The notes under the pieces: model-generated
Told to the model about the DNA's origin: nothing
The model's database searches: none
What the model saw: the letters and a program-made list of their open reading frames with translations, nothing else
Translations under genes and position numbers: made by a program
In this document: positions 44,796 to 53,129 of the stretch, piece after piece
Layout of the letters: each line of letters begins with the position of its first letter
How positions within the stretch are numbered: position 1 is the first letter of the stretch
IMG/VR virus record: IMGVR_UViG_3300017642_000062
From: an uncultured virus (IMG/VR IMGVR_UViG_3300017642_000062)
Lineage: Duplodnaviria; Heunggongvirae; Uroviricota; Caudoviricetes
Reading direction: 5' to 3' (one strand)
DNA length: 64,000 bases

Positions 44796-45310
44796 TCCTC
44801 CTTGTATCTGGCGATTTGGTCAGGAGTATCAGTCTCAATGCCCAGCTCCTGAGCCTCCGCAATGGCCCCGTCAATCAAATGCGCCATCTCCGCGGTATTC
44901 ATCTCGTGCGTTGGTTTGTAGACGGCCCAGCATTTAACCGGCAGTCCGTTTTCAACGGTTTCTTTGTACATTCGAACGTACTTGTAATACTTCGATGCAT
45001 CAGTGCCGGCAGGAAGCTTGAACGCCACGTGCAGACCATCTGCATCCGTATCGATTACGCCCCAGTCGATAACGAGCCGCTGTTTCACATCTGAGTCGCT
45101 TTGCCCGGTGGCCTGCGCAATCTTATTGACAAGCACATGGAAGTAAGCGTTGGCGTCTTTTGACCGGCGCAGCCGAAACTTCTTAATGTCGATTTCTACA
45201 TCCGCGTCTTTGAGAGAGTCGAACCTTCCGCGAAAGTCAGCGTCAAGTTCAACGGTCACGCGCTGCTTTCGGTTCAACCCGAGAGTGAGATCAATCAGCC
45301 GGCCTTTCAC
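44783..45310 (-). CDS. NinB/YbcN-like recombination protein
   Basis: RRSKDANAYFHVLV...THEMNTAEMAHLID...LGIET. Confidence 0.75.
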   Translation of the reverse strand: MKGRLIDLTLGLNRKQRVTVELDADFRGRFDSLKDADVEIDIKKFRLRRSKDANAYFHVLVNKIAQATGQSDSDVKQRLVIDWGVIDTDADGLHVAFKLPAGTDASKYYKYVRMYKETVENGLPVKCWAVYKPTHEMNTAEMAHLIDGAIAEAQELGIETDTPDQIARYKEEWKR

Positions 45311-45965
45311 CCGCAGCGCCCCTTTCCACATGGCCGTGAAGGTAAACATATTCGCCGCACGGGCCGATGTTTTTGTAAATCCAGTCGTCGCATTTTGCCT
45401 TGGACAGATGATTGTTCAGGACGTCCTTCTCGTAAATGTACTCGCCCCGCATCTTCTTGTCGGAAATTCGCTCCTGGATCTCTTCATCCTCGTAATTGCA
45501 CTCAACGAGGTAGAGATCAAAGTCTGGGGCGGATATCCCGTTAAGGTCATTTGTGTCGGTCGCGTAGAAAACGCGGCCTTCCGGAAGGAACAGCTTGTAC
45601 CCAAAATTGGGGACATTGTGATTGAGCGGGACCGGTTCAACCGAAAAGTTTTTATAGGCATATTTCCGGCGGTAAGTCATAACATCAATGTTTTGCGGTT
45701 GAACTCCGCATTCGAGCAGAGGCTGCGCAAGCCATGCCCCGCATCCCCAGCGCAATGCAGGTCGTTCCTCCGCCAGCCTGCGGATCGTAGAGTAGTTGAA
45801 ATGGTCTCCGTGAATGTGGGTCAGAAGGACAATTTGAAGCTCGTGGGCAATGCGCGAGATGTGCTTGAAGGGAACGCCGCAGTCGATGAGGATGCGGTTT
45901 TGGATTTCTACGGCGTTCCCGGTCGAGCCTGTCGCAATGATATTGAACGAAATCTTAGATGGCAT
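45291..45965 (-). CDS. MBL-fold metallo-hydrolase (putative exonuclease partner of RecT)
   Basis: GSTGN, IDCG, THIHGDH, ATDT, ECNY. Confidence 0.9.
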   Translation of the reverse strand: MPSKISFNIIATGSTGNAVEIQNRILIDCGVPFKHISRIAHELQIVLLTHIHGDHFNYSTIRRLAEERPALRWGCGAWLAQPLLECGVQPQNIDVMTYRRKYAYKNFSVEPVPLNHNVPNFGYKLFLPEGRVFYATDTNDLNGISAPDFDLYLVECNYEDEEIQERISDKKMRGEYIYEKDVLNNHLSKAKCDDWIYKNIGPCGEYVYLHGHVERGAAGERPAD

Positions 45966-46926
45966 TCAGATCCACCTGCTCGGCGGCGTCTTGCCCATCT
46001 TCCTGCGCACCCGCGCCTTCAGGAGCTTCCTCATCGGCGTGGACGGGCATCGGTTCGCTTTCGGGCATGAGTGCCGGTACCGGCTCCGGATCTCCGATAA
46101 GAGTTTTGCCGGAGAAATCCATAAGCTGCGAATCCCGATCGATGGCCGTCTGAAGCTCTGTGGACATGATGCCCCACTTTGAAATCAACTGGCGGAGCAG
46201 GGTCTTTTTCGCCATGTTGTCGAAGTCCTTGTACCAGAAGGAGGAATATTTCCACTCATCGGCCTTGGAGATTGCTCCGGCCTGCAGCTGTTCATAAGCT
46301 TTCGCCGAGAACGCCTGACTGTATGTATCCGCGTGGTGCATCATTTTGGTCTTGCTCCAGTAGATGGACTTCCTGAACCCGTTGAGATATTCGAAATACG
46401 CCATGTACCCGACAATGGGCAGCGCCTCGCGGGTTTCGTCATCCTCAACGAAACTGAACTTCGGCTTTCCGGTAGTCTGATCTTTTCCGAGGTATTCGCC
46501 TTCGTGAATCTCCATGACGTCGAGGTCTTTGTAGTACCCGCTTCTGAGGGCGAGCTGAACATATCCCTTATACCCGAGGACGAATTGCGCCTTGATGGTT
46601 TCAGGGGACAGGAGTTCACCGGTTCGCCGGTCTACCTTTGCTTTCTGCTTGAACGGAATGATGTAATACTGACCGAGCTGCGGGGAAGGAGAAAGGTTCA
46701 GGCTCTCGCCCAGGAGTCCGCAGGCGAGGATGCTCGATGCCTCACAGTTTTGCAGGGCAGGCGTCGCGGATACGGCGGATGTGATGGACGCAACGAAGCT
46801 TCTCGCCCGGTTGGGGTCCTGCAGGGTATTACGAATCAGCGCCTTATAGTTTTCAGTCGTGATGGCAACGGAGAAACGGGATTTCTGCGTGCCCGGCTGA
46901 GCCATCTGATTATTTGCCTGTGACAT
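45955..46926 (-). CDS. recT: RecT-family single-strand annealing protein
   Basis: LNLSPSPQLGQYYIIPF, FVLGYKGYVQLALRSG, FDNMAKKT. Confidence 0.93.
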   Translation of the reverse strand: MSQANNQMAQPGTQKSRFSVAITTENYKALIRNTLQDPNRARSFVASITSAVSATPALQNCEASSILACGLLGESLNLSPSPQLGQYYIIPFKQKAKVDRRTGELLSPETIKAQFVLGYKGYVQLALRSGYYKDLDVMEIHEGEYLGKDQTTGKPKFSFVEDDETREALPIVGYMAYFEYLNGFRKSIYWSKTKMMHHADTYSQAFSAKAYEQLQAGAISKADEWKYSSFWYKDFDNMAKKTLLRQLISKWGIMSTELQTAIDRDSQLMDFSGKTLIGDPEPVPALMPESEPMPVHADEEAPEGAGAQEDGQDAAEQVDLNAI

Positions 46927-47821
46927 ATTCATAACCTCCATCTTCAAGGTACCGCTTCAGCTCACGCAGCATCGGCAGCGTGGCGGTAACGGTAAATGCT
47001 GCTCTGTACATTTTCTCGGTGGCCGGCTCGTCCGGTCGCTGGCCGACGCTTTCGGCTTCCTGCGGAATTGACAACTGCTCGGGGGAATCCGCTGCCGCTG
47101 CCGCCTGCACCTTTTGGATTGTTTCGGCTTGGCGCTCTCTGGCTGCTCGCATTTCATCTTGACGCCTTTGCTCCGCTTCCATAGCTTCGTGCCGGGCGCA
47201 GACTGTCGTAATTGCATTGCTGGCGTTAAGGCTTCGCTTGTACTCCACAAGGATTTCGGAATACAGCTCCTGAGTTTCAATCATGGCGAGATCGTCGGAT
47301 ACGCCATCGATGAAGGTCTTGGCGCTTGCCCTGAGGCTCTTCGGCGTGTCCGACATTTTCACGTCAATGCCGGCGCGCTCAAATGGTAGCCAGTCGATAT
47401 TTTTGGAGGCGGCGTATTCGGAGAAATAGGCGGCGACATCAATTCGTTTTGCTTCCTTGAGGTCGTTCTGAACCCCATCGATGCGGGATTTGAGCTTTGC
47501 GTCCGCAGGATTGAAAACGTTTGTGATGTATTTTTTGTATGTAGCTTCGAACTGCTCGTAAGGTGCGAGAACCATTTTCTTCACAGCCTTGCGCTGAGTT
47601 TCAAGGTCGTCGAAGTCTTTCGTAAGCTTCGTCCGCATTCTTTTCACAGACGCCAGCGTATCCTCCGTGCATGGCATCGACAACGCAGTATCGGTGTCCT
47701 TCTTGACTTTGTCGCTGATCAGTTTCAGGCGTTCTTCGATGATTGGAAGCTGGCGGACGACAATCAATTTTTCAATAGGCTCGCCGCTCTGGACGGCCAA
47801 TGCCTGATCTTCGTTACTCAT
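46910..47821 (-). CDS. DUF1351-like coiled-coil protein
   Basis: VRQLPIIEE...RKAVKK...PYEQFE; precedes recT. Confidence 0.75.
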   Translation of the reverse strand: MSNEDQALAVQSGEPIEKLIVVRQLPIIEERLKLISDKVKKDTDTALSMPCTEDTLASVKRMRTKLTKDFDDLETQRKAVKKMVLAPYEQFEATYKKYITNVFNPADAKLKSRIDGVQNDLKEAKRIDVAAYFSEYAASKNIDWLPFERAGIDVKMSDTPKSLRASAKTFIDGVSDDLAMIETQELYSEILVEYKRSLNASNAITTVCARHEAMEAEQRRQDEMRAARERQAETIQKVQAAAAADSPEQLSIPQEAESVGQRPDEPATEKMYRAAFTVTATLPMLRELKRYLEDGGYEYVTGK

Positions 47822-48071
47822 TTTTCGCTACCTCCTCCGGAGTCGCCATGCGGGAGATCTCTTTCAGAAGGGGAATGATTCTCTCATCAACTTTTCCCTC
47901 CGGCATATCGGGATCGCACACCCGAACAATGGCGTCGCCGCGCTGTGTTTCGACCGCGACCAGGTCGCCTTCGCGGAGAGGAATTTCTGAGGTGTAGGTG
48001 TATACTCTCCCGCCATACAGGCCGGATTTTCTGTCCTTGAACTGGACGCCGATGTATTTCTGGTTATTCAT
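47814..48071 (-). CDS. Hypothetical protein
   Basis: MNNQKYIGVQF...YTY...GDLV; AAGGAG RBS. Confidence 0.65.
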   Translation of the reverse strand: MNNQKYIGVQFKDRKSGLYGGRVYTYTSEIPLREGDLVAVETQRGDAIVRVCDPDMPEGKVDERIIPLLKEISRMATPEEVAKNE

Positions 48072-48499
48072 GTTGATTGCTCCTTTACAGATTTTCTTTT
48101 GAGGTATTGGCGGACTTTGTGAGAAAGCCACGCCTGCATTGTGTCGAATCCATCTTCCCGCACATATCGTTGCAACGCCTCATACTCGATATCTTCGAGC
48201 CTGCAGGACACCCGGCAGCGCAGGCGATGGCGTTCTGACGCTCGTTTTTCCTCTGGATGCTCCAATGTATCTGGCTGTTCCGGATCCGGCTCCAAGGCGG
48301 GTGGTTCATAATCCGGCGCGGGGAATGCCGCATACAGCGCCTGGAATCCTTCTGGGTGCAGCACAACACCGTATTTTTCCGGCTTCGCGCATTTTGAGAG
48401 AAGCGTTTTGTCAAAGCTGGGGAACTGTGCTCGAACAATACGCACCGCTTCTTTCGGCGCGATATCTCCGGCAGCCATTACGTCCTTCAGGTTCGTCAT
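48068..48499 (-). CDS. Hypothetical protein (possible C-terminal RHH)
   Basis: AAGGAGG RBS; RVSCRLEDIEYEAL. Confidence 0.65.
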   Translation of the reverse strand: MTNLKDVMAAGDIAPKEAVRIVRAQFPSFDKTLLSKCAKPEKYGVVLHPEGFQALYAAFPAPDYEPPALEPDPEQPDTLEHPEEKRASERHRLRCRVSCRLEDIEYEALQRYVREDGFDTMQAWLSHKVRQYLKRKSVKEQST

Positions 48500-48678
48500 A
48501 ACGCTCGAACCTCCTTGTGTTTGACAGCCGGGGAGAATGCTGATATGATTCTGGTGGATTCAGTTCTTGGGGTCGTTCCTGTGTCAGCAGGACGGCCCTT
48601 TTCTTTTTTGTCTCGGCAGTCACATCGCTCACCGGGGTCAAGATTGCAACCGCAGCGAGGGCAAACGCGGTAATACAT
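48496..48678 (-). CDS. Small Zn-ribbon protein
   Basis: CPRCGCNLDPGERCDC. Confidence 0.7.
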   Translation of the reverse strand: MYYRVCPRCGCNLDPGERCDCRDKKEKGRPADTGTTPRTESTRIISAFSPAVKHKEVRAL

Positions 48679-49049
48679 TACGCACCTCCCTGCGAGAAGA
48701 CCTTGTTGGCAAGATTTGCAATGGCAGCGCGGAGACGCTCTGCTTCGTTGTCCTCCAGTCCAACAATGTCCGGCTCTCCGTTGCGGTACCCATCTTTCAT
48801 GATGACAATGGTTCCTACAATGGGCTGCTGGTGAATATGAGTGCCGTACAAATAACTTCCGATCGGGTTGAGTGGGAGACCCTTCAGGAGCCCCTCTTCG
48901 TTGACAATCATGCAGTACGGATCTTGAAGGAACACCGGGTTCACGTGCTCAATGTACCCACCGACGACTTCACCGACAGTCTTAAACAGCGGTTCTCCGA
49001 AGTCTTGAATTGACATTGCTTTTTCTGCGGTTATAACGACTCCTTTCAT
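48678..49049 (-). CDS. DUF3846-like protein
   Basis: VGGYIE...MIVNEEGLL..LP.N. Confidence 0.8.
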   Translation of the reverse strand: MKGVVITAEKAMSIQDFGEPLFKTVGEVVGGYIEHVNPVFLQDPYCMIVNEEGLLKGLPLNPIGSYLYGTHIHQQPIVGTIVIMKDGYRNGEPDIVGLEDNEAERLRAAIANLANKVFSQGGA

Positions 49050-49072
49050 TTTGCTTGCTCCTTTCTTGGTGC

Positions 49073-49258
49073 TTACACACCGTAATTTCCGAGAATTTCA
49101 GCCTTGATGTCCGCAGGAAGAAGTTTGATTTGCTCTTTTAGTGCCGCCTCGTATCGGTACTCGAACACTGTCAATATCCGAGTTCCGCGGATTACCGCCC
49201 ATCCGTTCGGATGCCGCACGACTTCAAGGCTTTCGGATTCTATGTATGCAGTCCCCAT
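49073..49258 (-). CDS. Hypothetical protein
   Basis: GGAG RBS; early operon. Confidence 0.55.
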   Translation of the reverse strand: MGTAYIESESLEVVRHPNGWAVIRGTRILTVFEYRYEAALKEQIKLLPADIKAEILGNYGV

Positions 49259-49278
49259 TGGTTCGCTCCGTTGCTTTG

Positions 49279-49476
49279 TTATTTGCTGTTGTAGCAGCTT
49301 TCTGGTTTTCCACCTGCAGCCGCTTTTCTGGCAAACCGCGCCGCCGTCTTTGCGTCTAAGGCTTCACGGCCTCCGGGAGTAGCCAGAATAGTTTTAAGGA
49401 GTTTAATCGTCCCTTCGGAAAGTCTGTCTATTGCTGGCTGCGGTATCTTGCCGATGTCTATGTAGGTCGTGTCCAT
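49279..49476 (-). CDS. Hypothetical protein following cro
   Basis: AAAGGAGG RBS. Confidence 0.65.
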   Translation of the reverse strand: MDTTYIDIGKIPQPAIDRLSEGTIKLLKTILATPGGREALDAKTAARFARKAAAGGKPESCYNSK

Positions 49477-49505
49477 GCCTGCCTCCTTTCACGGTGTTTA
49501 ACCGG

Positions 49506-49706
49506 TTACACACCATCGGCAAAAAAAATCTTGTCCACCGTGGTGTTCAAGGCCTGCGCAAGTTTGACCAGCGTTTTGGTCGAAACAGCTCTATTTGTGC
49601 CGTTTTCAAGGGCAGATACTGTGCCTCGACTAACGCCGCTTTTCTCGCAGAGCTCCTCCTGGGACATTTTGAGGGAGACTCTGATTTCTTTAATTCTGTA
49701 TCCCAT
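49506..49706 (-). CDS. Cro-like HTH regulator
   Basis: 66-aa XRE HTH, divergent from repressor. Confidence 0.9.
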   Translation of the reverse strand: MGYRIKEIRVSLKMSQEELCEKSGVSRGTVSALENGTNRAVSTKTLVKLAQALNTTVDKIFFADGV

Positions 49707-49728
49707 GTAAGCTACCTCCTTTCAAAGT

Positions 49729-49860
49729 GTTTAATCGGCTGCACAGTCACATAGTACACCTCAAATTTCAGCGTGTCAAGAGGATTGAACAAATTGTGTT
49801 CAATTTATTTCACAAATACAATTGACATTGCAATAGATGGGAATGTATAATGAATTGAAC
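49729..49860. promoter_or_regulatory. Lysis/lysogeny switch: divergent promoters and operators
   Basis: Minus TTGACA(49779-74)-17-TACTAT; plus TTGACA(49822)-18-TATAAT; four GTTCAA-N4-TTGAAC-like sites here plus one at 49496. Confidence 0.8.
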
Positions 49861-49880
49861 ATAGCGAGGAGGAATTCAGC

Positions 49881-50279
49881 ATGGATTTGCGAAGTTTTTT
49901 AATTAAATACAGGTCTGAGCATGGCCTTTCGCAGCGCCAATTTTCTGAAGCGTGTGGCATGTCAAATGGATATATATCAATGATTGAACGCGGCAAGAAT
50001 CCAAAGACACAGCTGCCCGTAACTCCGACACTTACAGCGTTAAAGAAAATTGCCTCAGGTATGGGAATGACTCTGTCTTCACTGCTCACAGAGGTTGATG
50101 ACATGGAGGTTAATCTAACCGGAGATTCGTCAAAGAAAAAGACCGCCCTCAACAAAGAGAGCGGTCTGATGGATGGTACCGATTCTGAAATTGTGAGCAT
50201 TATTTTGTCTCTATCTCAGGATAAAAAGGCAGAGGCACTTCGTTATCTTCGCTATCTTGCAAAGAGCGAAGATATGTAA
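49881..50279 (+). CDS. CI-like repressor (XRE HTH + short helical C-terminus, no S24 peptidase)
   Basis: GLSQRQFSEACGMSNGYISMIERG; divergent from cro. Confidence 0.9.
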   Translation: MDLRSFLIKYRSEHGLSQRQFSEACGMSNGYISMIERGKNPKTQLPVTPTLTALKKIASGMGMTLSSLLTEVDDMEVNLTGDSSKKKTALNKESGLMDGTDSEIVSIILSLSQDKKAEALRYLRYLAKSEDM

Positions 50280-50355
50280 ATAGCGCACACTTGCTGTCCG
50301 CCGGCACATCTTCGAGAAGGCGCAGTAGTTCCAGGACTTTCTTGCTTGATGCCAT
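50200..50355 (-). CDS. Small antisense protein (51 aa) resembling repressor C-terminus; candidate antirepressor; not in ORF track
   Basis: GAAAGGAG RBS; TGnTACACT -10; MASSKKVLELLRLLEDVPADSKCALFTYLRSLQDSEDNEVPLPFYPEIETK. Confidence 0.65.
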   Translation of the reverse strand: MASSKKVLELLRLLEDVPADSKCALFTYLRSLQDSEDNEVPLPFYPEIETK

Positions 50356-50508
50356 ATTCGCCGCTCCTTTCTTTTATTCTGCCGGCAGTGTAGTTAGTGT
50401 ACCACGGTTTGGTATTTATTGCAGAGAAAAGATAATTAATAACTTTCGACTGACTTCGACCAGTGATATCCTGTATGTGTGGATTTTATGTTGTTGGGGA
50501 GGATTTGT

Positions 50509-51147
50509 ATGAAAAGGGGTTTACTTGTTTCCCTCATCGTTGCATTGCTTGTTTTTGCTACTTCATGCGGAAGTAATAGCAATTCGATAAATAGCTCAAC
50601 CGACGAAGACGGTAATCTTGTTCTTGATAGCGACGGGAGAAGGACCGTAATGATAAATTCTCTACCGCATGATATGCCATATAACGATTTAAGCATATCA
50701 TTGGAAAGCGTAGAAGTGTATGAGAACGAGGTGAATTATTCTCACACGCTATTCATTGTCACAACAATTGGAGTATCTGGACTTGATGAAGAATCATTAC
50801 ATTGGCTTATGGAGAGCGATCTAAATGTTTCGGCGTACATAACTTGTGCGGATAATGATTACGATTTTAACTCAGCAACAAAGCTTGGGTCGCTGCTCCT
50901 CTCTGATGGAAATCTTATTTTTGTAAGCACGTCCGTCTTTGGCAAGGAAAATCGACACAGTTTCGCCGGGTCTGAAATATGCGTTTCCGTATCAATCAAT
51001 CAAGAGGGAGAAAACGCTAAAGAAGAATGCGCGCAATACTCTTACTCGGCTCCTGATTTAATTCCAGACGCTGATGAAATTCAGCAGCCATTAAATGAGC
51101 ATATAGCCGACTGGCTATACGAAAGAGCGGATTCGCTAAAACCATAG
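50509..51147 (+). CDS. Lipoprotein in lysogeny module
   Basis: Signal MKRGLLVSLIVALLVFATS-C; AT-rich; between repressor and integrase. Confidence 0.8.
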   Translation: MKRGLLVSLIVALLVFATSCGSNSNSINSSTDEDGNLVLDSDGRRTVMINSLPHDMPYNDLSISLESVEVYENEVNYSHTLFIVTTIGVSGLDEESLHWLMESDLNVSAYITCADNDYDFNSATKLGSLLLSDGNLIFVSTSVFGKENRHSFAGSEICVSVSINQEGENAKEECAQYSYSAPDLIPDADEIQQPLNEHIADWLYERADSLKP

Positions 51148-51170
51148 ATTTTTGAATTGAGGTGACGCCG

Positions 51171-53129
51171 TTGGCAAAAAAGAAATCGCTGCCGAGTATC
51201 CAAGTGGAGGCGGACGGCGTTGAGTATGCGCGATATAGTAGCCACGCCCAAAAGGATGCCAGCATTGAGCAGCAGATAGAGAAGTGTGATGAATTCGCAT
51301 CTATAAATAAAATCCATATCATTGAGAGATATAAGGACAGGGCAATTACCGGAAAGACTGATCGGCGCGCCGACTTCCAGCGGATGATGCACGATGCAGA
51401 AAAAGGGAAATTCAAATATGTCATAGCATGGAAATCAAATAGAATGGGTCGCAATATGCTGGAAGCGATGTTGAACGAGGCGAAGCTTCAAGACCTGGGA
51501 ATCCGGGTTCTGTATGTTGAGGAGGACTTCGACGATACCGCAGCCGGGAGGTTTGCGCTCCGGTCCATGATGAATGTCAACCAGTTTTATAGCGAGAATA
51601 TGGCGGAAGATATCAAGCGAGGGCTGTACGACAATGCCGCAAACTGCAAAGTTACCAACGGGCATCTTCCGTATGGCTACAAAGCGGACGAAGATTTGAA
51701 GTATACGCTGGATGATTCAAGGGCCGCTGTCGTTCGGGAGATATTTACACGCGTCTCTTGTGGAGAAGCCATTGTTGATATCTATACAGATCTTAATTTG
51801 AGAGGGCTTACAACCTCTCTCGGAAACCAGTGGGGGAGGAGCAGCTTCAACAAGCTGTTGTCGAATGAGCGGTATCTGGGTATATATATTTACGGAGACG
51901 TCAGAATTGATGGCGGGATTCCTCGAATTGTTAGCGATGAATTGTTTTACAAGGTGCAGGAGGTGTTGAAAACGAAGAAGAACGCCAGAGGGCGTCATCG
52001 TAATGATGCGGCCGATTATCTGCTTACCGGGAAATTGTATTGTGGGCATTGTAAAAGTCCAATGACTGGAATTTCAGGCACAAGCCGGACTGGCGCTTTG
52101 CATTACTATTATGTTTGCCAAAAGAAGCGGCAGGAAAAGTCGTGCGAAAAGAAGAACGTCAAGCGTGATGAAATCGAGTTGCAACTCGCAAGAGCCATAA
52201 AGGAATATTGCCTGACCGACGATCTGATTGAGTGGTATGCAGACAAAACTGTTGAATATTTCAAACGTCAGTCTGAAACCGACCATATCAAAGATTTGCA
52301 GGAAGATCTGGCTAACACGCAGCGCAGCATAAAAAACACCCTCAAGGCCATTGACGCCGGGATTATCACAGAAAGTACCCGGACTCATCTTATAGAATTG
52401 GAGGCAAAACAATCGAGGCTTTCTGGAGCAATCTCTGCCGCAAAATCCGATGTCGTGCAAGTCGACCGCGAGGATCTAATTAGCAGCATGGAAATGGTGC
52501 GGGACGGAGATACCTATGACAAAAAATATCAAGCGCTGCTGTTCGATACTTTTCTCATACGGGTCTATTTATACGATGACGATCTGGAACTCATATTTAG
52601 TTGCCCTGGTGTTAAAAACTCAATAAGAATTCCGTTGGATATTTCAGCAGTTGAAAATACAGAAGAAACAGCCACCTCAACGGTTCGTTTAAGCTCAACT
52701 TTGAGCCACCATATAAGAACGCTAATATTGATACGGTTAGTATCGGTGTTAGCGTTCTTATTTTATGCCCGAAAAGCCTGTATTTACAGGCTTTTTTGTG
52801 TTTCTACACTCTATCACTTCTTTCACCTATACGAAAAATGCACCCGCCGACCGTGTAAATTTGCCCTTTTTTATACCCTCGCAGAACGATTGCTTGCAAG
52901 GGGGTGCAAATTTCGGAGGGGGGTGCATTTTTTCATAGAGGGGGGTGCAAACGAAAAAAGAGGCCAAGCCTTACAGCTCGACCTCAATCTCTGTGCCGTT
53001 CTTAAACTCAAACACCATCCTGCCGTCATGGAAAACCGTAGCCTTTTCCAGCAATCCAACCCACAGCCTTTCGTTCCAGCTTTCGAGGACGAGGGGCTGT
53101 TCTTTTATGGATTCAATGAAAAGCCTTAG
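51171..53129 (+). CDS. int: Large serine recombinase (prophage integrase); conserved part ends ~52711, remainder is read-through past att
   Basis: YARYSS, WKSNRMGRN, PYGY, YLLTGKLYCGHC Zn ribbon, coiled coil; non-protein-like tail after VRLSSTLSHH. Confidence 0.92.
   Translation: MAKKKSLPSIQVEADGVEYARYSSHAQKDASIEQQIEKCDEFASINKIHIIERYKDRAITGKTDRRADFQRMMHDAEKGKFKYVIAWKSNRMGRNMLEAMLNEAKLQDLGIRVLYVEEDFDDTAAGRFALRSMMNVNQFYSENMAEDIKRGLYDNAANCKVTNGHLPYGYKADEDLKYTLDDSRAAVVREIFTRVSCGEAIVDIYTDLNLRGLTTSLGNQWGRSSFNKLLSNERYLGIYIYGDVRIDGGIPRIVSDELFYKVQEVLKTKKNARGRHRNDAADYLLTGKLYCGHCKSPMTGISGTSRTGALHYYYVCQKKRQEKSCEKKNVKRDEIELQLARAIKEYCLTDDLIEWYADKTVEYFKRQSETDHIKDLQEDLANTQRSIKNTLKAIDAGIITESTRTHLIELEAKQSRLSGAISAAKSDVVQVDREDLISSMEMVRDGDTYDKKYQALLFDTFLIRVYLYDDDLELIFSCPGVKNSIRIPLDISAVENTEETATSTVRLSSTLSHHIRTLILIRLVSVLAFLFYARKACIYRLFCVSTLYHFFHLYEKCTRRPCKFALFYTLAERLLARGCKFRRGVHFFIEGGANEKRGQALQLDLNLCAVLKLKHHPAVMENRSLFQQSNPQPFVPAFEDEGLFFYGFNEKP
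52713..52761 (+). terminator. 22-bp RNA hairpin after CCACCA junction
   Basis: ATAAGAACGCTAATATTGATAC-GGTTA-GTATCGGTGTTAGCGTTCTTAT; the three mismatches are all G-U compatible on + strand; T tail. Confidence 0.7.

Larger units (their letters stand above)
1..52711. mobile_element. Temperate prophage (lambda-like head, P2-like contractile tail, serine integrase); left end lies outside the window
   Basis: Colinear modules: accessory genes, lysis, DGR, tail, head, packaging, methylases, replication, cro/cI, integrase; probable att junction at ~52706-52711. Confidence 0.93.

Noticed and set aside
52681..52711. tRNA gene (GGTTCG...CCACCA)
   Set aside because: No cloverleaf and wrong T-arm spacing; at most an att remnant
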